A program made the position numbers and the translations under genes. Shown here piece by piece: positions 9,745 to 20,238 of a stretch of DNA of 64,000 nt (its first letter is position 1; each line of letters starts with the position of its first letter). The notes beneath the pieces were generated by a model that saw nothing but the letters and a program-made list of their open reading frames with translations, was not told where the DNA came from and made no database searches. The stretch comes from Halorussus marinus (GTDB taxonomy: Archaea > Halobacteriota > Halobacteria > Halobacteriales > Haladaptataceae). The stretch covers positions 186,001 to 250,000 of the forward strand of contig NZ_SBIV01000006.1 of the NCBI RefSeq assembly GCF_004765795.1, read 5' to 3'.

Positions 9745-11178
9745 TCAGCGACCGCCCCGGTGGACGATCGCCACGTCGCACTCAAGATCGTGCAACCGCT
9801 CGAAGGTCGGCGGCGAGACGAACCGCGAGGCGGTCGAGCGGTCGGTGCTGGCGCCCATCACCACGAGGTCGTAGTGGGCGTCGTTGGCCGACAGAAACGA
9901 CTCGATCGACGACCGCGACACTCTGGTCTCGAACGACCCCTCGAACGTCTCGACGAGGTTCGCGAGCGTCCGCTCGGTCGACCGGCGCTGGCGCTCGGAG
10001 TCGATGCAGGTACAGACGCTCACGCCGCCCGTCCGTCCGGCGAGCCGCCGCCCGAAGTCGATCATCGCGTGGGCGGTGTCGCCCGCCCGACGGATCGGCA
10101 CCAGCACGCGCTTCCAGCGTTCGCGGACCGTCGACCCCGGTGCCGACCGGAAGGCGACGGTGTCGATATCGCCCCCGAACAGCCCGGCGACGAACGGCGA
10201 CAGCCCGCCGCGCTCCTCCTCGTAGGGCGCGACGATCAGGTCGCAGTTGGTCTCGCGGGCCGCCTTCAACACCGTCGCCGCCGGATCGGGGCCGTCGCCG
10301 ACGACCGCGACCTCGCAGGGGACGCCGACCCGCGTCTCGATGCGGTCGGCCTCGCCCTCCAGTCGCTGTGCGGACTCGCCGGCGGCGCGTTCGGTCGACT
10401 CCTCGTCGGGCGCCCCGTCGGTCACGAAGTCGAGCAACACGACCTTCCCGGCGTCGTGGGCCGCCGCGAGCCGCGCCCCGAAGGTGGCGGCGGCCTGCGG
10501 GTGTTCGCCCCGCATCGGCACCAGAACGTGGTCGTCGCCTTTCGTCGACTGGTAGAGAAACCGGGAGCGTCGCTCGTAGAACTGCCGGCGCCAGACCCCG
10601 AACGCGGCGGCGACGATGGTGCTCGCGACGAACACCGAGCCGGCGTACTGGACGAAAAACGCCCGAAGACCAGCCGTGTCACCGAACGCCGGGGCCACCA
10701 GCGCCAACAGCGCGGTCGAGAACGCCGACGGCTCCTCGAAGTCGAGCGCCCACGTCGCCCCGCCGGTCAGGAAGATGGCGAGGGCGGCCGCCGCCGGCGA
10801 GACGAGCAGGCCCGTCCCGCTCGCGGGACTCCGGAGCCCGGTCACGGCGGCGACCCAGACCGCCGCGGTCCCGCAGACCGCCCCGGTGGTGAGCCCGCCC
10901 ACGAACTTCGCGGGCGACGCGTACTCGCCTTCGGGGTCGGCGAACAGGGTGAACGTGCCCGAGGCCAGCGGCGGAAAGAGAACGAACGGGAGCACGTCCA
11001 CGGCGTTCGAGACCGCGGTGACCCCCGCGATGAGCAACGGGACCAAGAGCAACACCGAGAGGTGGATGAGGTTTGCGGTGTGCTCGATCCACCGCTGGAA
11101 CGCCGCGACCTCGCGGCGCTCGATCCGGCGGAGCCGCCGTAAGACGGCGTGGTATCGCTCGCGGAGCCCGTCCGACAT
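9745..11178 (-). CDS. HPP-family membrane protein with universal-stress (USP) domains
   Basis: FPPLAS, TM region, two USP-like domains (HVLVPM; CDVAIVH). Confidence 0.75.
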   Translation of the reverse strand: MSDGLRERYHAVLRRLRRIERREVAAFQRWIEHTANLIHLSVLLLVPLLIAGVTAVSNAVDVLPFVLFPPLASGTFTLFADPEGEYASPAKFVGGLTTGAVCGTAAVWVAAVTGLRSPASGTGLLVSPAAAALAIFLTGGATWALDFEEPSAFSTALLALVAPAFGDTAGLRAFFVQYAGSVFVASTIVAAAFGVWRRQFYERRSRFLYQSTKGDDHVLVPMRGEHPQAAATFGARLAAAHDAGKVVLLDFVTDGAPDEESTERAAGESAQRLEGEADRIETRVGVPCEVAVVGDGPDPAATVLKAARETNCDLIVAPYEEERGGLSPFVAGLFGGDIDTVAFRSAPGSTVRERWKRVLVPIRRAGDTAHAMIDFGRRLAGRTGGVSVCTCIDSERQRRSTERTLANLVETFEGSFETRVSRSSIESFLSANDAHYDLVVMGASTDRSTASRFVSPPTFERLHDLECDVAIVHRGGR

Positions 11179-11223
11179 TGTCGAAGCGTCTGGCGTCGGG
11201 CCCCAAATGTCTGTCCCTCGACC

Positions 11224-11955
11224 CTACGCCGCGAGGTCGACCACGGCGTCGAGCGTGATGCGGATGGCGCGCTCGACGTTGTTCTTGGCCTTCTCGGGGA
11301 GTTCCTCGTCGTCGGTCTCGCCCTTCTGGGTGCCCTCGACGAGGTTGCCGTCGACGGTGCAGATCGCGCCGGCCTGCATCTCCTTGCGGCGCGCGAGCGA
11401 GAACACCGCGGCGGCCTCCATCTCGACCGAGAGGATGTTGGCGGCCTCCCAGTCCTCGACGTACGCGTCGGTCTCGGCGTAGAAGGCGTCGTCGCTCGCG
11501 ATCGGGCCGACGTGGACGTCCTCGCCGTTGTCCTCGGCGGAGTCGACCAGCGCCGACAGCACGTCGTAGTCCGGCACCGCGGGGTACTCGACGGCCTCGT
11601 AGCGCTCGCTGGTGCCCTCGTTTTTGGCCGCGCCGGTCGCGACGATCATGTCGCCGATCTCGATGCCTTCCTGGAGCGCGCCGGTCGTGCCGACCCGGAT
11701 CACGGTCTCGACGCCGACGGCGTGGAGTTCCTCGACCGCGATGGCCGCCGACGGACAGCCGATCCCGGTCGAGCAGATCGTGAGGTCGGTGCCCTCGTAG
11801 GTGGCGTTGACGATCTTGTACTCGCGGTTCTGAGCGACGACCGTCGAGTCCTCACACAGCCCCGCGATGCGGTCGACCCGGCCGGGGTCGCCCGGGATGA
11901 GCGCGATGTCGTTCACGTCGCCGTCCTCGACGAGGAGGTGCGGTTGTTTCGCCAT
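11224..11955 (-). CDS. Nucleoside (uridine) phosphorylase
   Basis: PGDPGR, STGIGCPSAAIAVEEL, RVGTTG, SVEMEAA. Confidence 0.9.
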   Translation of the reverse strand: MAKQPHLLVEDGDVNDIALIPGDPGRVDRIAGLCEDSTVVAQNREYKIVNATYEGTDLTICSTGIGCPSAAIAVEELHAVGVETVIRVGTTGALQEGIEIGDMIVATGAAKNEGTSERYEAVEYPAVPDYDVLSALVDSAEDNGEDVHVGPIASDDAFYAETDAYVEDWEAANILSVEMEAAAVFSLARRKEMQAGAICTVDGNLVEGTQKGETDDEELPEKAKNNVERAIRITLDAVVDLAA

Positions 11956-12005
11956 GCCCGTGGGTTCTCGCGACCGGGAGAAAAAGCGTGCGGGTTCGCC
12001 GGCGC

Positions 12006-12914
12006 TCAGAACTGCCCGTCGAGGAACGCCTCGACGTCCTCGAACGACGGCGCGGTCCGGGCGCCCTCCGCGGACGCGGCCAGCGCGCCGCAGGCGTTCG
12101 CGAACTCCAGGGCGCGCTCGTAGTCGGCGTCGGGGCCGAGCGGGTCGCCGGCCCGGAGCAACACCGCGAGGAAGCCGGCGGCGAACGCGTCGCCCGCGCC
12201 GGTGGTGTCGACGACCTCCGCGTCGAAGCCGGGGTGGCTGAACGAGCCCTCTGGCGTGTCGACCTCCGCGCCCGCCTCGCCGTGTTTGATCACGACGACC
12301 CGACCGTGAAGCTCCGAGGAGGGGTGTTCGAGGTCCCGGTCGAGCAGGGTCTCGGCCTCCCGGTCGTTGAGAAAGACGACGTCGGCGTGGGCCAGCGCGG
12401 TCCGGAAGTCCCGCTCGGCGAGTCGCCGACCGGGGTCGAAGCTCACCGTCACGCCCGCCTCGGTGGCGACGCGGGCGAGTTCGGCGGCGGTCTCGGGGCG
12501 CTGGCTCGTCAGGTGGAGGTGGCGGGCCTGTCCGACGGTCGCCGGATCGACGTCGTCGGGACCGACCGCCTCGTTGGCGCCCTCGTTACCGAGCACCATC
12601 ACCTCGCCGTCGGCGTCGACGATGAGGTACTTCGTTGTGGTCTCTGCGTCCGGGACTTCGAGCAGTCGCGAGCAGTCGACCCCCGCCTCCCGGAGTTCCC
12701 GGCGGGCGAGCAGGCCGGTCTCGTCGTCGCCGACGCTCCCGACGATGCCGGCGTCGTACGACAGCCCGGAGAGCGCGACCGCGACGTTGGCGGCGCTACC
12801 GCCGCCCGAGCGCCGCTGGGCGTCGATGCGGGCCTCGCCGTCGGGAGCCGGCAGGGCGTCGACCCGGAGGGTCACGTCCCAGTTGACGTGGCCGGCGGTG
12901 ATCACTTCGACCAT
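12006..12914 (-). CDS. PfkB-family carbohydrate kinase (candidate ribose-1-phosphate kinase)
   Basis: GGSAANVA, DTTGAGDAF; sits upstream of the phosphorylase. Confidence 0.85.
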   Translation of the reverse strand: MVEVITAGHVNWDVTLRVDALPAPDGEARIDAQRRSGGGSAANVAVALSGLSYDAGIVGSVGDDETGLLARRELREAGVDCSRLLEVPDAETTTKYLIVDADGEVMVLGNEGANEAVGPDDVDPATVGQARHLHLTSQRPETAAELARVATEAGVTVSFDPGRRLAERDFRTALAHADVVFLNDREAETLLDRDLEHPSSELHGRVVVIKHGEAGAEVDTPEGSFSHPGFDAEVVDTTGAGDAFAAGFLAVLLRAGDPLGPDADYERALEFANACGALAASAEGARTAPSFEDVEAFLDGQF

Positions 12915-13028
12915 GACTGGCGACCGTGGCGTCGATTTGCGGGCGACATACCGCCACGGTACGAACCCGCCGGTCAAAACGCTGGCGGGTCCGGGGGTCG
13001 ACTCCCGAGGCCCCGGATACGCGGCGGC

Positions 13029-13838
13029 TCAGCCCGCGACGACGAACAGCAGGAGGTTGTGTGCGCCCGGGCCCAGCCCGACCGCGCCGACCGCGCCCAA
13101 AAGCAGGTAGCCCTCGCGGGGGTCCTCGCGGACGAGCTCCGCGAACAGCACCACGACCGCCTCCGCGATGACGAGCTTGACCAGCACGAACAGCCAGCCG
13201 ACGCCGATCACGTCGGCGGTCGGGAGCCCGGCGGCGGCGTCGAGGACGATCTGGGACACCGGGGTGCGCTCGCCGAACCCGAGCACGTCGACCCCGACCG
13301 CCGTCGAGACCGCGTCGAGCGCGTGGCCGAACAGCGCCAGCACGCCGGCGGCCCCGGTCGCGGCCGCCGCGTCCGGATACGTCCGCCGGGTCCCGATCCA
13401 GAGCGCGACCGTCACGCCGACCGCGACCGCCAGCGCGACCGCCGGCCAGAACACCGCGAGCTCGCCCGCTCGGATGCCGCGGGCGAGCGCGTACCCGACG
13501 ACGACGAGCGCGACCGCGGTCCCGGTCGCGGCCAGCGCACGCTCGGCGCTCACGGGCGTCGACGGGGCCGCGAGCCACACCGCGCCGGCGACCGCGAAGG
13601 TCGTCAGATACACCGCGGGCGTCCCGAGCAGGGGCCGGACGGCGCCGGGGACCCACTCGACCACGTAGAGGACGTGGAGGGCGGACCCGACCGCGACCCA
13701 CGGTGCGAGCGCCACCACGGTCCGGTCGGTGACCGACGGGCCCGTCCGGTAGAGCGCCCCGGCGACCAGCGTCACCGCCGCGACCAGCCCGAGGAGGTAC
13801 GGGACCGGCGGGAGCGCAAAGCCCTCTGGGAGTACCAT
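13029..13838 (-). CDS. DUF63-family membrane protein
   Basis: Start trimmed to MVLPEGF; multiple TM helices; HALDAVST...E motif. Confidence 0.7.
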   Translation of the reverse strand: MVLPEGFALPPVPYLLGLVAAVTLVAGALYRTGPSVTDRTVVALAPWVAVGSALHVLYVVEWVPGAVRPLLGTPAVYLTTFAVAGAVWLAAPSTPVSAERALAATGTAVALVVVGYALARGIRAGELAVFWPAVALAVAVGVTVALWIGTRRTYPDAAAATGAAGVLALFGHALDAVSTAVGVDVLGFGERTPVSQIVLDAAAGLPTADVIGVGWLFVLVKLVIAEAVVVLFAELVREDPREGYLLLGAVGAVGLGPGAHNLLLFVVAG

Positions 13839-14435
13839 GCCCGAAACGGCGGAGCGCGGCGCCGAAAGGCTTGCGATCCGCGGGAGACTGCGTCCCGTCC
13901 CACGATAGAGCGGGCCCGTAGCGACGTCCGTTTCGGCCGTAGTTCGATCCTCCGAACCGACTCCGTCCGATCTGGCCGAGTTCTCCGTCGCCCCTCGACC
14001 GTTTGGGATGTGCTCGGCATCGCAGTTCGCCGCCAACGGCCGATTCCGTATATCGGAAACGGGTTTATTCAGCTCCCGGTCTCTCGGTTTTCGAGCGACG
14101 ACGATCCGGTCGCTCTCGACTCTCGGCGCGCGGGAAAGCGTCGATCCGACACCACACCCACCGGTCCACAGCGTGTCCCGTTCGCGCCGTGCGAACGCCG
14201 GTCCCCGGATCGCGTCGGAGTCGTCTGCAGGCGTAGCGGGTCGGCGCGCGTCGGCCGACCGACCCGTCGCGAGGGAAGAGCCCGACCGGTCGTGCGTAAA
14301 CCGCATCGGACGATAGAAAGTAGCCGCGTCGGAGGGTGAGACAGTTCAGGTCCGGAAGAACTCGGCATCGGGAATCGCCGCCCAGTCTCGACCCGACCGT
14401 CGCAGGGACCGATCGCGAGCCGGCGGGTCCGGAGC

Positions 14436-16418
14436 CTACACCTGCGCGATCGGCTTCTCGACCGGCGTCTCGTAACACTCGATCTCGAACCGCGCGCCGC
14501 CCTCCTCGCCCTCGGTGAGCGAGATCTCCCACCCGTGGGCCTGCACGATGTCCCTGACGATGGCGAGGCCGAACCCCGTCCCGTCCCGGTTCGTGGTGTA
14601 GCCCTGCTCGAACACCTCCTCGCGGTCGTCCGCCGGAATCCCGCCGCCGGTGTCCTCGACGTAGAACCCCGACCGGTCAGACAGGCTTCCGACCCTGACG
14701 GTCAGCTCGGTCGCGTCGTTGTGTTCGACGCTGTTTCGAAACAGGTTCTCGAACGCGCTGAGCAGTCGATTGCGGTCGCTTTCGGGGCAGAGCGCCGTGT
14801 CGACCTCGAGCGTCGCTCCGTCGGTGTCGACGCTCCCCCACGCCTCGCGGGCGACGGTTTCGAGGTCGACCTCCTCGGTCTCCGTGACGGTCTCGCCCGA
14901 CCGGGCCAGCGTGAGCGAGTCGGTGATGATGGCTTCCATCCGGTCGAGTTGGCGCCTGACGTTGTCGATCGACTCCTCGTGCTCGGCGTCGACGTTGGCC
15001 TCGAGGAGGTCTGCCCGACCGATCGCGACGTTCAGCGGGTTCCGGAGGTCGTGGGCGACGATGCTCGCGAACTGATCGAGACGTTCGTTCTGGCGCTCTA
15101 ACTCCCGCTTGCGTCGGCGCTTCTCGGTCACGTCCCGCGCGTTCAGCACGATGCCCTCGACGAAGGGATCGTCGAGCAGGTTCGTCGCCCGAGCCTCGAT
15201 GAAGTGCCAGTCGCCGGCCGCGTCGTCGACTCTCGCGACGTACGTGTCGGTGTAGCCGTACTCGGTGCCGTACTCCGAGAGGTCCGCGAGCAGTTCCGAT
15301 CGATCGTCGGGGTGGACGCGGTCGACGACCCTCTCGCCGACCAGTTCGGTCGGTTCGCACCCGAGCACCCGCTCGACCGACTCGCTGGCGAACGTGACGG
15401 TGCCGGCCTCGTCGAGGACGACCACCATGTCCGAGGACCGTTCGATGAGCCGCTGGAACCGCTCTTCGGCGATGCGGCGTTCGGTCACGTCGCGGTAGAT
15501 GAGCAGGTACCCCATCACCGACCCCGTCCGGTCGGTCAGGGTCGTCCGATTGATGTCGAAGTACCGCGGGCCGTCCTCGGATTCGACGACCACGTCGGCC
15601 TCGGAGCTTTCGCCGCCGCTCTCCAGTGCGTCGTCGGAGGGGACGATCTCGTCGGCGGGCCGGCCGAGCGGTTGTTCGACTCCGTCGAGGAGTTCGGCGC
15701 CCGCGGCGTTCACGTCGACGACCTGATCGCCGAGGTCGACCACGAAGATCGGGTCGGACATCTCCTCGACGAGCGTGTGTCTCGCGATGGGAACCAGATC
15801 GAGGAGGCCAAAGCGGAACAGCGCGACGGCGAAGACACCGCCGGTAATCGTGAACGCGAACGAAGTCGGATCCAGCGTCGCCACCGGATTCCCCCGAGAC
15901 AGCAGTATCGCGCTGGCCGCCAACGGGATGACGCCGCCGAGCAACATCAGCCCGACCTGCACCCGGTAGCGGCCGCTCCTCCGGATACCGACGAGCGCGA
16001 TCAGGACGTACGTCGCCAGTATCAGCGCGTACTGGTAGACGAAGTTCAGCCAGACCACGGGCCCGTCGACTCGGTCGACGCTCGCGATCGGCGGACCGGG
16101 ACTGAACTCGACGACGTTCCACAGCAGGTCGTGCATCGGTGCGGTCCCGACCAGGACGAGGACGAAAATGGGCCAAGCGACCAACAGCGCCCAGTGTCGC
16201 CGACCGAGCAACGACTCCCGCCCGCTGTAGGTCAGCCCGAACCAGAGCTGGGTCGGCCCGAGCCCGAGGATGCCGACGTACTTGACGAAGGTGCCCACCC
16301 GAAAGGTCGCGAGGGTCGTGCTTCCGGTTCGAATCGCGTTTCCGAAGGCGTACAGCGAGACGCAGATCATGATCGCGACGAACGGAACCGCGCCCCGGAC
16401 CCCGGACCCCGGACCCAC
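14436..16418 (-). CDS. Sensor histidine kinase (7TM-PAS-PAS-HisKA-HATPase); 5' end uncertain
   Basis: HDLRNPL H-box, ENLFRNSVEH, DTGGG, GTGFGL; PAS domains. Confidence 0.85.
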   Translation of the reverse strand: MGPGSGVRGAVPFVAIMICVSLYAFGNAIRTGSTTLATFRVGTFVKYVGILGLGPTQLWFGLTYSGRESLLGRRHWALLVAWPIFVLVLVGTAPMHDLLWNVVEFSPGPPIASVDRVDGPVVWLNFVYQYALILATYVLIALVGIRRSGRYRVQVGLMLLGGVIPLAASAILLSRGNPVATLDPTSFAFTITGGVFAVALFRFGLLDLVPIARHTLVEEMSDPIFVVDLGDQVVDVNAAGAELLDGVEQPLGRPADEIVPSDDALESGGESSEADVVVESEDGPRYFDINRTTLTDRTGSVMGYLLIYRDVTERRIAEERFQRLIERSSDMVVVLDEAGTVTFASESVERVLGCEPTELVGERVVDRVHPDDRSELLADLSEYGTEYGYTDTYVARVDDAAGDWHFIEARATNLLDDPFVEGIVLNARDVTEKRRRKRELERQNERLDQFASIVAHDLRNPLNVAIGRADLLEANVDAEHEESIDNVRRQLDRMEAIITDSLTLARSGETVTETEEVDLETVAREAWGSVDTDGATLEVDTALCPESDRNRLLSAFENLFRNSVEHNDATELTVRVGSLSDRSGFYVEDTGGGIPADDREEVFEQGYTTNRDGTGFGLAIVRDIVQAHGWEISLTEGEEGGARFEIECYETPVEKPIAQV

Positions 16419-16563
16419 GAGGTCGGTTCGGGTCGAGGTCGTCTCCGCCTCGGTCTCGACGATCCGGTCTGCCGTCGGGTCGCTCGGACGTTATTTCGGG
16501 GCGAGCGCTGACGCCTCGCCGACCACCCCGCCGCTTTTGGGTCCCGGCCGCGTACCGACGCGC

Positions 16564-17523
16564 ATGAGCGAGCACTTCGAGATCCATCCGACGGTCGAGG
16601 CGGTCGCCGAGGACATCGCCTCGATGGAGATCCGGGGCGCGGCGACGATCGCGGACGCGGCGGCCGACGCGCTCGCGGTTCAGGCCGCCGAGAGCGACGC
16701 CGACTCGCCCGACCGGTTCCGGGCGGAACTCCGGGCCGCGAGCCGTCGACTGGTCGAGACCCGGCCCACCGCGGTCAGCCTCCCGAACGCGATTCGGTAC
16801 GTCCTCCGAGGGATGGAGGGGTCCGACGTGGCGCGACTGCGCGCGAGCGTCACCGACAGCGCCGCGGAGTTCCGGTCCGAACTCGATCAGGCCCAGGAGA
16901 ACCTCGGGCGGATCGGCGCGAACCGGCTCCGGGACGGCGACACCGTGATGACCCACTGTCACTCGACCGACGCCCTCTCGTGTGTCGAGGCCGCCCTCGA
17001 TCAGGGCAAGGAGATCGAGGCCATCGTCAAGGAGACCCGCCCGCGAAAGCAGGGCCACATCACCGCCCGGTGGCTCCGCGAGATGGACGTGCCGGTCACG
17101 CTCGTCGTCGACAACGCCGCCCGCCGGTACCTCGACGACACCGACCACGTCCTGGTCGGAGCCGACTCCATCGCGGCCGACGGCTCGGTGATCAACAAGA
17201 TCGGCACCTCGGGGCTGGCGGTCAACGCCCGCGAGCGCGGCGTCCCAGTCATGGTCGCCGCCCAGACGCTCAAATTCCACCCCGACACGATGACGGGCCA
17301 CACCGTCGAGATCGAGATGCGCGACGAGCGCGAGGTGCTGGGCGCCGAGGCGGCCGAGGAGATCGGCGACCTCACCGTCGAGAATCCCGCTTTCGACGTG
17401 ACCCCGCCCCGGTACGTCGACGCCATCGTGACCGAGCGGGGCCAGTTCCCGCCCGAGAGCGTCGTGACGCTGATGCGCGAGCTGTTCGGCGACCAGCACG
17501 GCGGCGAGCCCTGGGAGGAGTAG
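16564..17523 (+). CDS. Ribose-1,5-bisphosphate isomerase (eIF-2B-like family)
   Basis: MEIRGA, RPTAVSL, THCHS, ETRP, GADSI, NKIGT, NPAFDVTP. Confidence 0.9.
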   Translation: MSEHFEIHPTVEAVAEDIASMEIRGAATIADAAADALAVQAAESDADSPDRFRAELRAASRRLVETRPTAVSLPNAIRYVLRGMEGSDVARLRASVTDSAAEFRSELDQAQENLGRIGANRLRDGDTVMTHCHSTDALSCVEAALDQGKEIEAIVKETRPRKQGHITARWLREMDVPVTLVVDNAARRYLDDTDHVLVGADSIAADGSVINKIGTSGLAVNARERGVPVMVAAQTLKFHPDTMTGHTVEIEMRDEREVLGAEAAEEIGDLTVENPAFDVTPPRYVDAIVTERGQFPPESVVTLMRELFGDQHGGEPWEE

Positions 17524-17559
17524 CCGAGTCTTTTTGGGCCGGCGCGCGTACCACCGGCC

Positions 17560-17967
17560 ATGACCCGATTCGACGCCGCGACCCCCGAGGAGCGCCGCAA
17601 GCTGTTCGTAGCGGCCATCGATGCCCACCGCGAGCGCGCGAGCCCGTACGCGACCTTCGAGGCCCACGAGGACGTCCGAGCCGACGACGAAGACGCCGAC
17701 GACCGGCTCCCGCCGTGGGTCCAGTTCGGCGACGGCACCCTCAATCTCGACTGCACCGACAAGGAACTCGACGCCCTGAAATCCCTGCTCGGGGAGTTTC
17801 CGGCGTTCAAGATCGACGACCTCGCCCGCCCCGAGGAGGCCGAGGGCGTCAACGTCCGGGTGTCTGCGCTGGCCGACCCCAACCGGGTCGCCCAGTGTAT
17901 CGACGCGGTCTTCCGGGACGTCTACGGCCAGCCCGAGGAGTTCCGGGCGTGGGTCGCGGCGGTGTGA
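17560..17967 (+). CDS. Hypothetical haloarchaeal-type protein
   Basis: Acidic ATG ORF with host-like codon usage. Confidence 0.7.
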   Translation: MTRFDAATPEERRKLFVAAIDAHRERASPYATFEAHEDVRADDEDADDRLPPWVQFGDGTLNLDCTDKELDALKSLLGEFPAFKIDDLARPEEAEGVNVRVSALADPNRVAQCIDAVFRDVYGQPEEFRAWVAAV

Positions 17968-18006
17968 GCGGGGCGTCGACCGCCCGAGGCCTCCGATCGC
18001 CGGCGC

Positions 18007-19344
18007 TCAGAGCTTCGCGGTCACGTCGTCGAGTACGCCCGTCTCGACGAACGCCACGACGTGGTCGCCGGGCTCGACCACGGTGTCGCCCCGGGGGACG
18101 ACGTACTCGTGGTCGCGGGTGATCGCCCCGACGACGAACCCGGCCGGGAGGTCGCCGACCGCCTCTCGGATCGGTCGGCCGACGAGCACGCTCTCGTCGT
18201 CGACTTCGATCTCGATGACCTCCGCCCGGTCGTTCTCGATGAGCGAGACGTTTTCGGTGCGGGTCTCGCGGGTGAATCGGGTGATCTCCTCGGCGGTGAC
18301 CTCGCGGGGGTTTACCGCCACGTCGACGCCGACCGTCTCGAAGACGTCGACGTACTCGCCGTTCTCGACCACCGCGACGGTGCGGCTCGCGCCGAGTTGC
18401 TTGGCGAGGATCGACACCAGCAGGTTCTTCTCGTCGCTCTCTAAGGCCGCGACGACCGCGTCGGCCTCGTCGACGTGCTCGCGGGTGAGGAAGTCGGCGT
18501 CGGTCGCGTCGTTCTCCATCACGACCGAGTTCGGGAGGTCTTCGGCGAGCGCGCGTGCGCGGTCGTGATCGCGCTCGATGAGCCGGGGGTTGAGTCCCCG
18601 CTCTTCGAGGAGTCGGGCGGTGTGAAAGCCGATGTTGCTCCCGCCGATTATCACGAGGTCCTCGGTACCCGAGGGGGTCTCGCCCGGCGCGACCTCGACC
18701 GCGAACCCTTGGACGCTCTCGGGGCTCCCGATGACGACCGCCTTGTCGCCGGCTCGGATGACGGTGTCCCCGCGCGGGATCTCGACGTCGCCGTTCCGGA
18801 TGAGGGCCGCGAACGTCAGCGAGTCGAACCGGTCGGCCTCCTGGACCGTCTGGTCGACCACCGGGCTGTCGTCGGCGATCTCGAACTCGGCCATCTGGAC
18901 CGCCCCGCCGGCGAAGGGGTCGACGTCGCGGGCCGCGGGTAGGCCGATCACCCGGACGATGTCCTCGGCGGTCAGCAGGTTCGTACACACCATGAAGTCG
19001 ACCCCGAACGCGCGCTCGGTCTGGCGCCACGTCTCGAGGTAGTCGGTGCTCTTGACCCGCGCGATGGTGAACGGGTCGTCGATGGTCTTTGCCGTGCCGC
19101 AGGTCACTAAGTTCGTCTCGTCGTCGTCGGCGCTGGCGATGATCATGTCGGCCTCCGCGATGCCGGCCTCTTCGAGCGTCGCCAGCGACGTGCCGTCGCC
19201 CTGAATCGCGAGCACGTCGTGTGAATACGTCAGTGCGTCGACGCGCTCGCCGTCGATGTCTATGACGACGACCTCGTGGCTGGTCGCGAGGCTCGCGGCG
19301 ATCGAGGAGCCGACCTCGCCCGCCCCGACGATGATAATACGCAT
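18007..19344 (-). CDS. trkA: Trk potassium uptake NAD-binding subunit
   Basis: Two tandem RCK_N/RCK_C pairs; GAGEVG. Confidence 0.92.
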   Translation of the reverse strand: MRIIIVGAGEVGSSIAASLATSHEVVVIDIDGERVDALTYSHDVLAIQGDGTSLATLEEAGIAEADMIIASADDDETNLVTCGTAKTIDDPFTIARVKSTDYLETWRQTERAFGVDFMVCTNLLTAEDIVRVIGLPAARDVDPFAGGAVQMAEFEIADDSPVVDQTVQEADRFDSLTFAALIRNGDVEIPRGDTVIRAGDKAVVIGSPESVQGFAVEVAPGETPSGTEDLVIIGGSNIGFHTARLLEERGLNPRLIERDHDRARALAEDLPNSVVMENDATDADFLTREHVDEADAVVAALESDEKNLLVSILAKQLGASRTVAVVENGEYVDVFETVGVDVAVNPREVTAEEITRFTRETRTENVSLIENDRAEVIEIEVDDESVLVGRPIREAVGDLPAGFVVGAITRDHEYVVPRGDTVVEPGDHVVAFVETGVLDDVTAKL

Positions 19345-19425
19345 TAGTAACCCTCCCTCGTCATTACGAACAGCGTAGCCAGTCGCGCCCTAAGATGATT
19401 TCCCTTCGGTCTCGGCGCCGAGGTC

Positions 19426-20196
19426 TCAGGAGGGGTTCTCGCCGGCCCGTCGCTGGGCCACCGCCGCCGGGAACCGGTAAGTCCGGTCGCCCACGACCGC
19501 CGCGCCGTACGATGCGTCGAGCGCCACCGGATCGACGCCGTCGCCGCGGCCGACCCCGAACCGGACGATGCGCGCGTCGGGGCCGAACCGCTCGACGGCG
19601 TCGTCGAACGTCCGGCCGTCGGCGTCGCCATCGACCGACGTGTACTCGAACCACCCGCTCGTCCCGCCGGTGTCGCCGGTCGCCCGCGCCAGCACGTCGT
19701 GGGTGCGCCACTCCCCGCCGGCGTCGCCGTCGTGGTAGGTGAGATACATCCCGTGGCGGCCCGAATCGGTCTCGACGACGAGGAACGTCTCGTCGGGGAC
19801 GCCGCCGTCGTCCGGCCCCGCGTAGTAGTCGTACGAGAGGGCGTCGAGGTCGCCGAGCGCGGGGGCGCCGTCGGGTCGGAGGACCGAAGCCGCGTAGTCG
19901 ACCGTCTCGCGACCGTCGGAGGTGATCCGTACCGGCCGGGGGTGGGCGTCGTCGGCCACCGGTTCGGCGGCTCGCTCGACGGTCGCGCCGTACTCGCCGT
20001 CGTCGTCGAGGTCGAAGAGGACCGCGCCCGGCGGGAGCGACGCGTCGACTCGCTGTCGGACCGCGTTCGCCACGGGCTCTCGTCCGTCCGAAGACGCCGT
20101 CGCGACCCCACTCCCCGTGCCCCTCGCTGTCAGCCACCCGCCCGTGACCGCGGTGGCGGCCGCGGCCTTCAGTACCTCCCGTCTGGACCAGTCCAT
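19426..20196 (-). CDS. Tat-exported hypothetical protein
   Basis: SRREVLK twin-arginine signal. Confidence 0.7.
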   Translation of the reverse strand: MDWSRREVLKAAAATAVTGGWLTARGTGSGVATASSDGREPVANAVRQRVDASLPPGAVLFDLDDDGEYGATVERAAEPVADDAHPRPVRITSDGRETVDYAASVLRPDGAPALGDLDALSYDYYAGPDDGGVPDETFLVVETDSGRHGMYLTYHDGDAGGEWRTHDVLARATGDTGGTSGWFEYTSVDGDADGRTFDDAVERFGPDARIVRFGVGRGDGVDPVALDASYGAAVVGDRTYRFPAAVAQRRAGENPS

Positions 20197-20238
20197 ATCG
20201 GTGTCACGCCGGAGATCGTGTTATGTCTTCGTGCCGAT

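Noticed and set aside
13840..14430. 600-bp host intergenic region as an ncRNA or an N-terminal extension of DUF63
   Set aside because: Only short palindromes and no recognisable RNA structure; the extension is compositionally unlike a real protein
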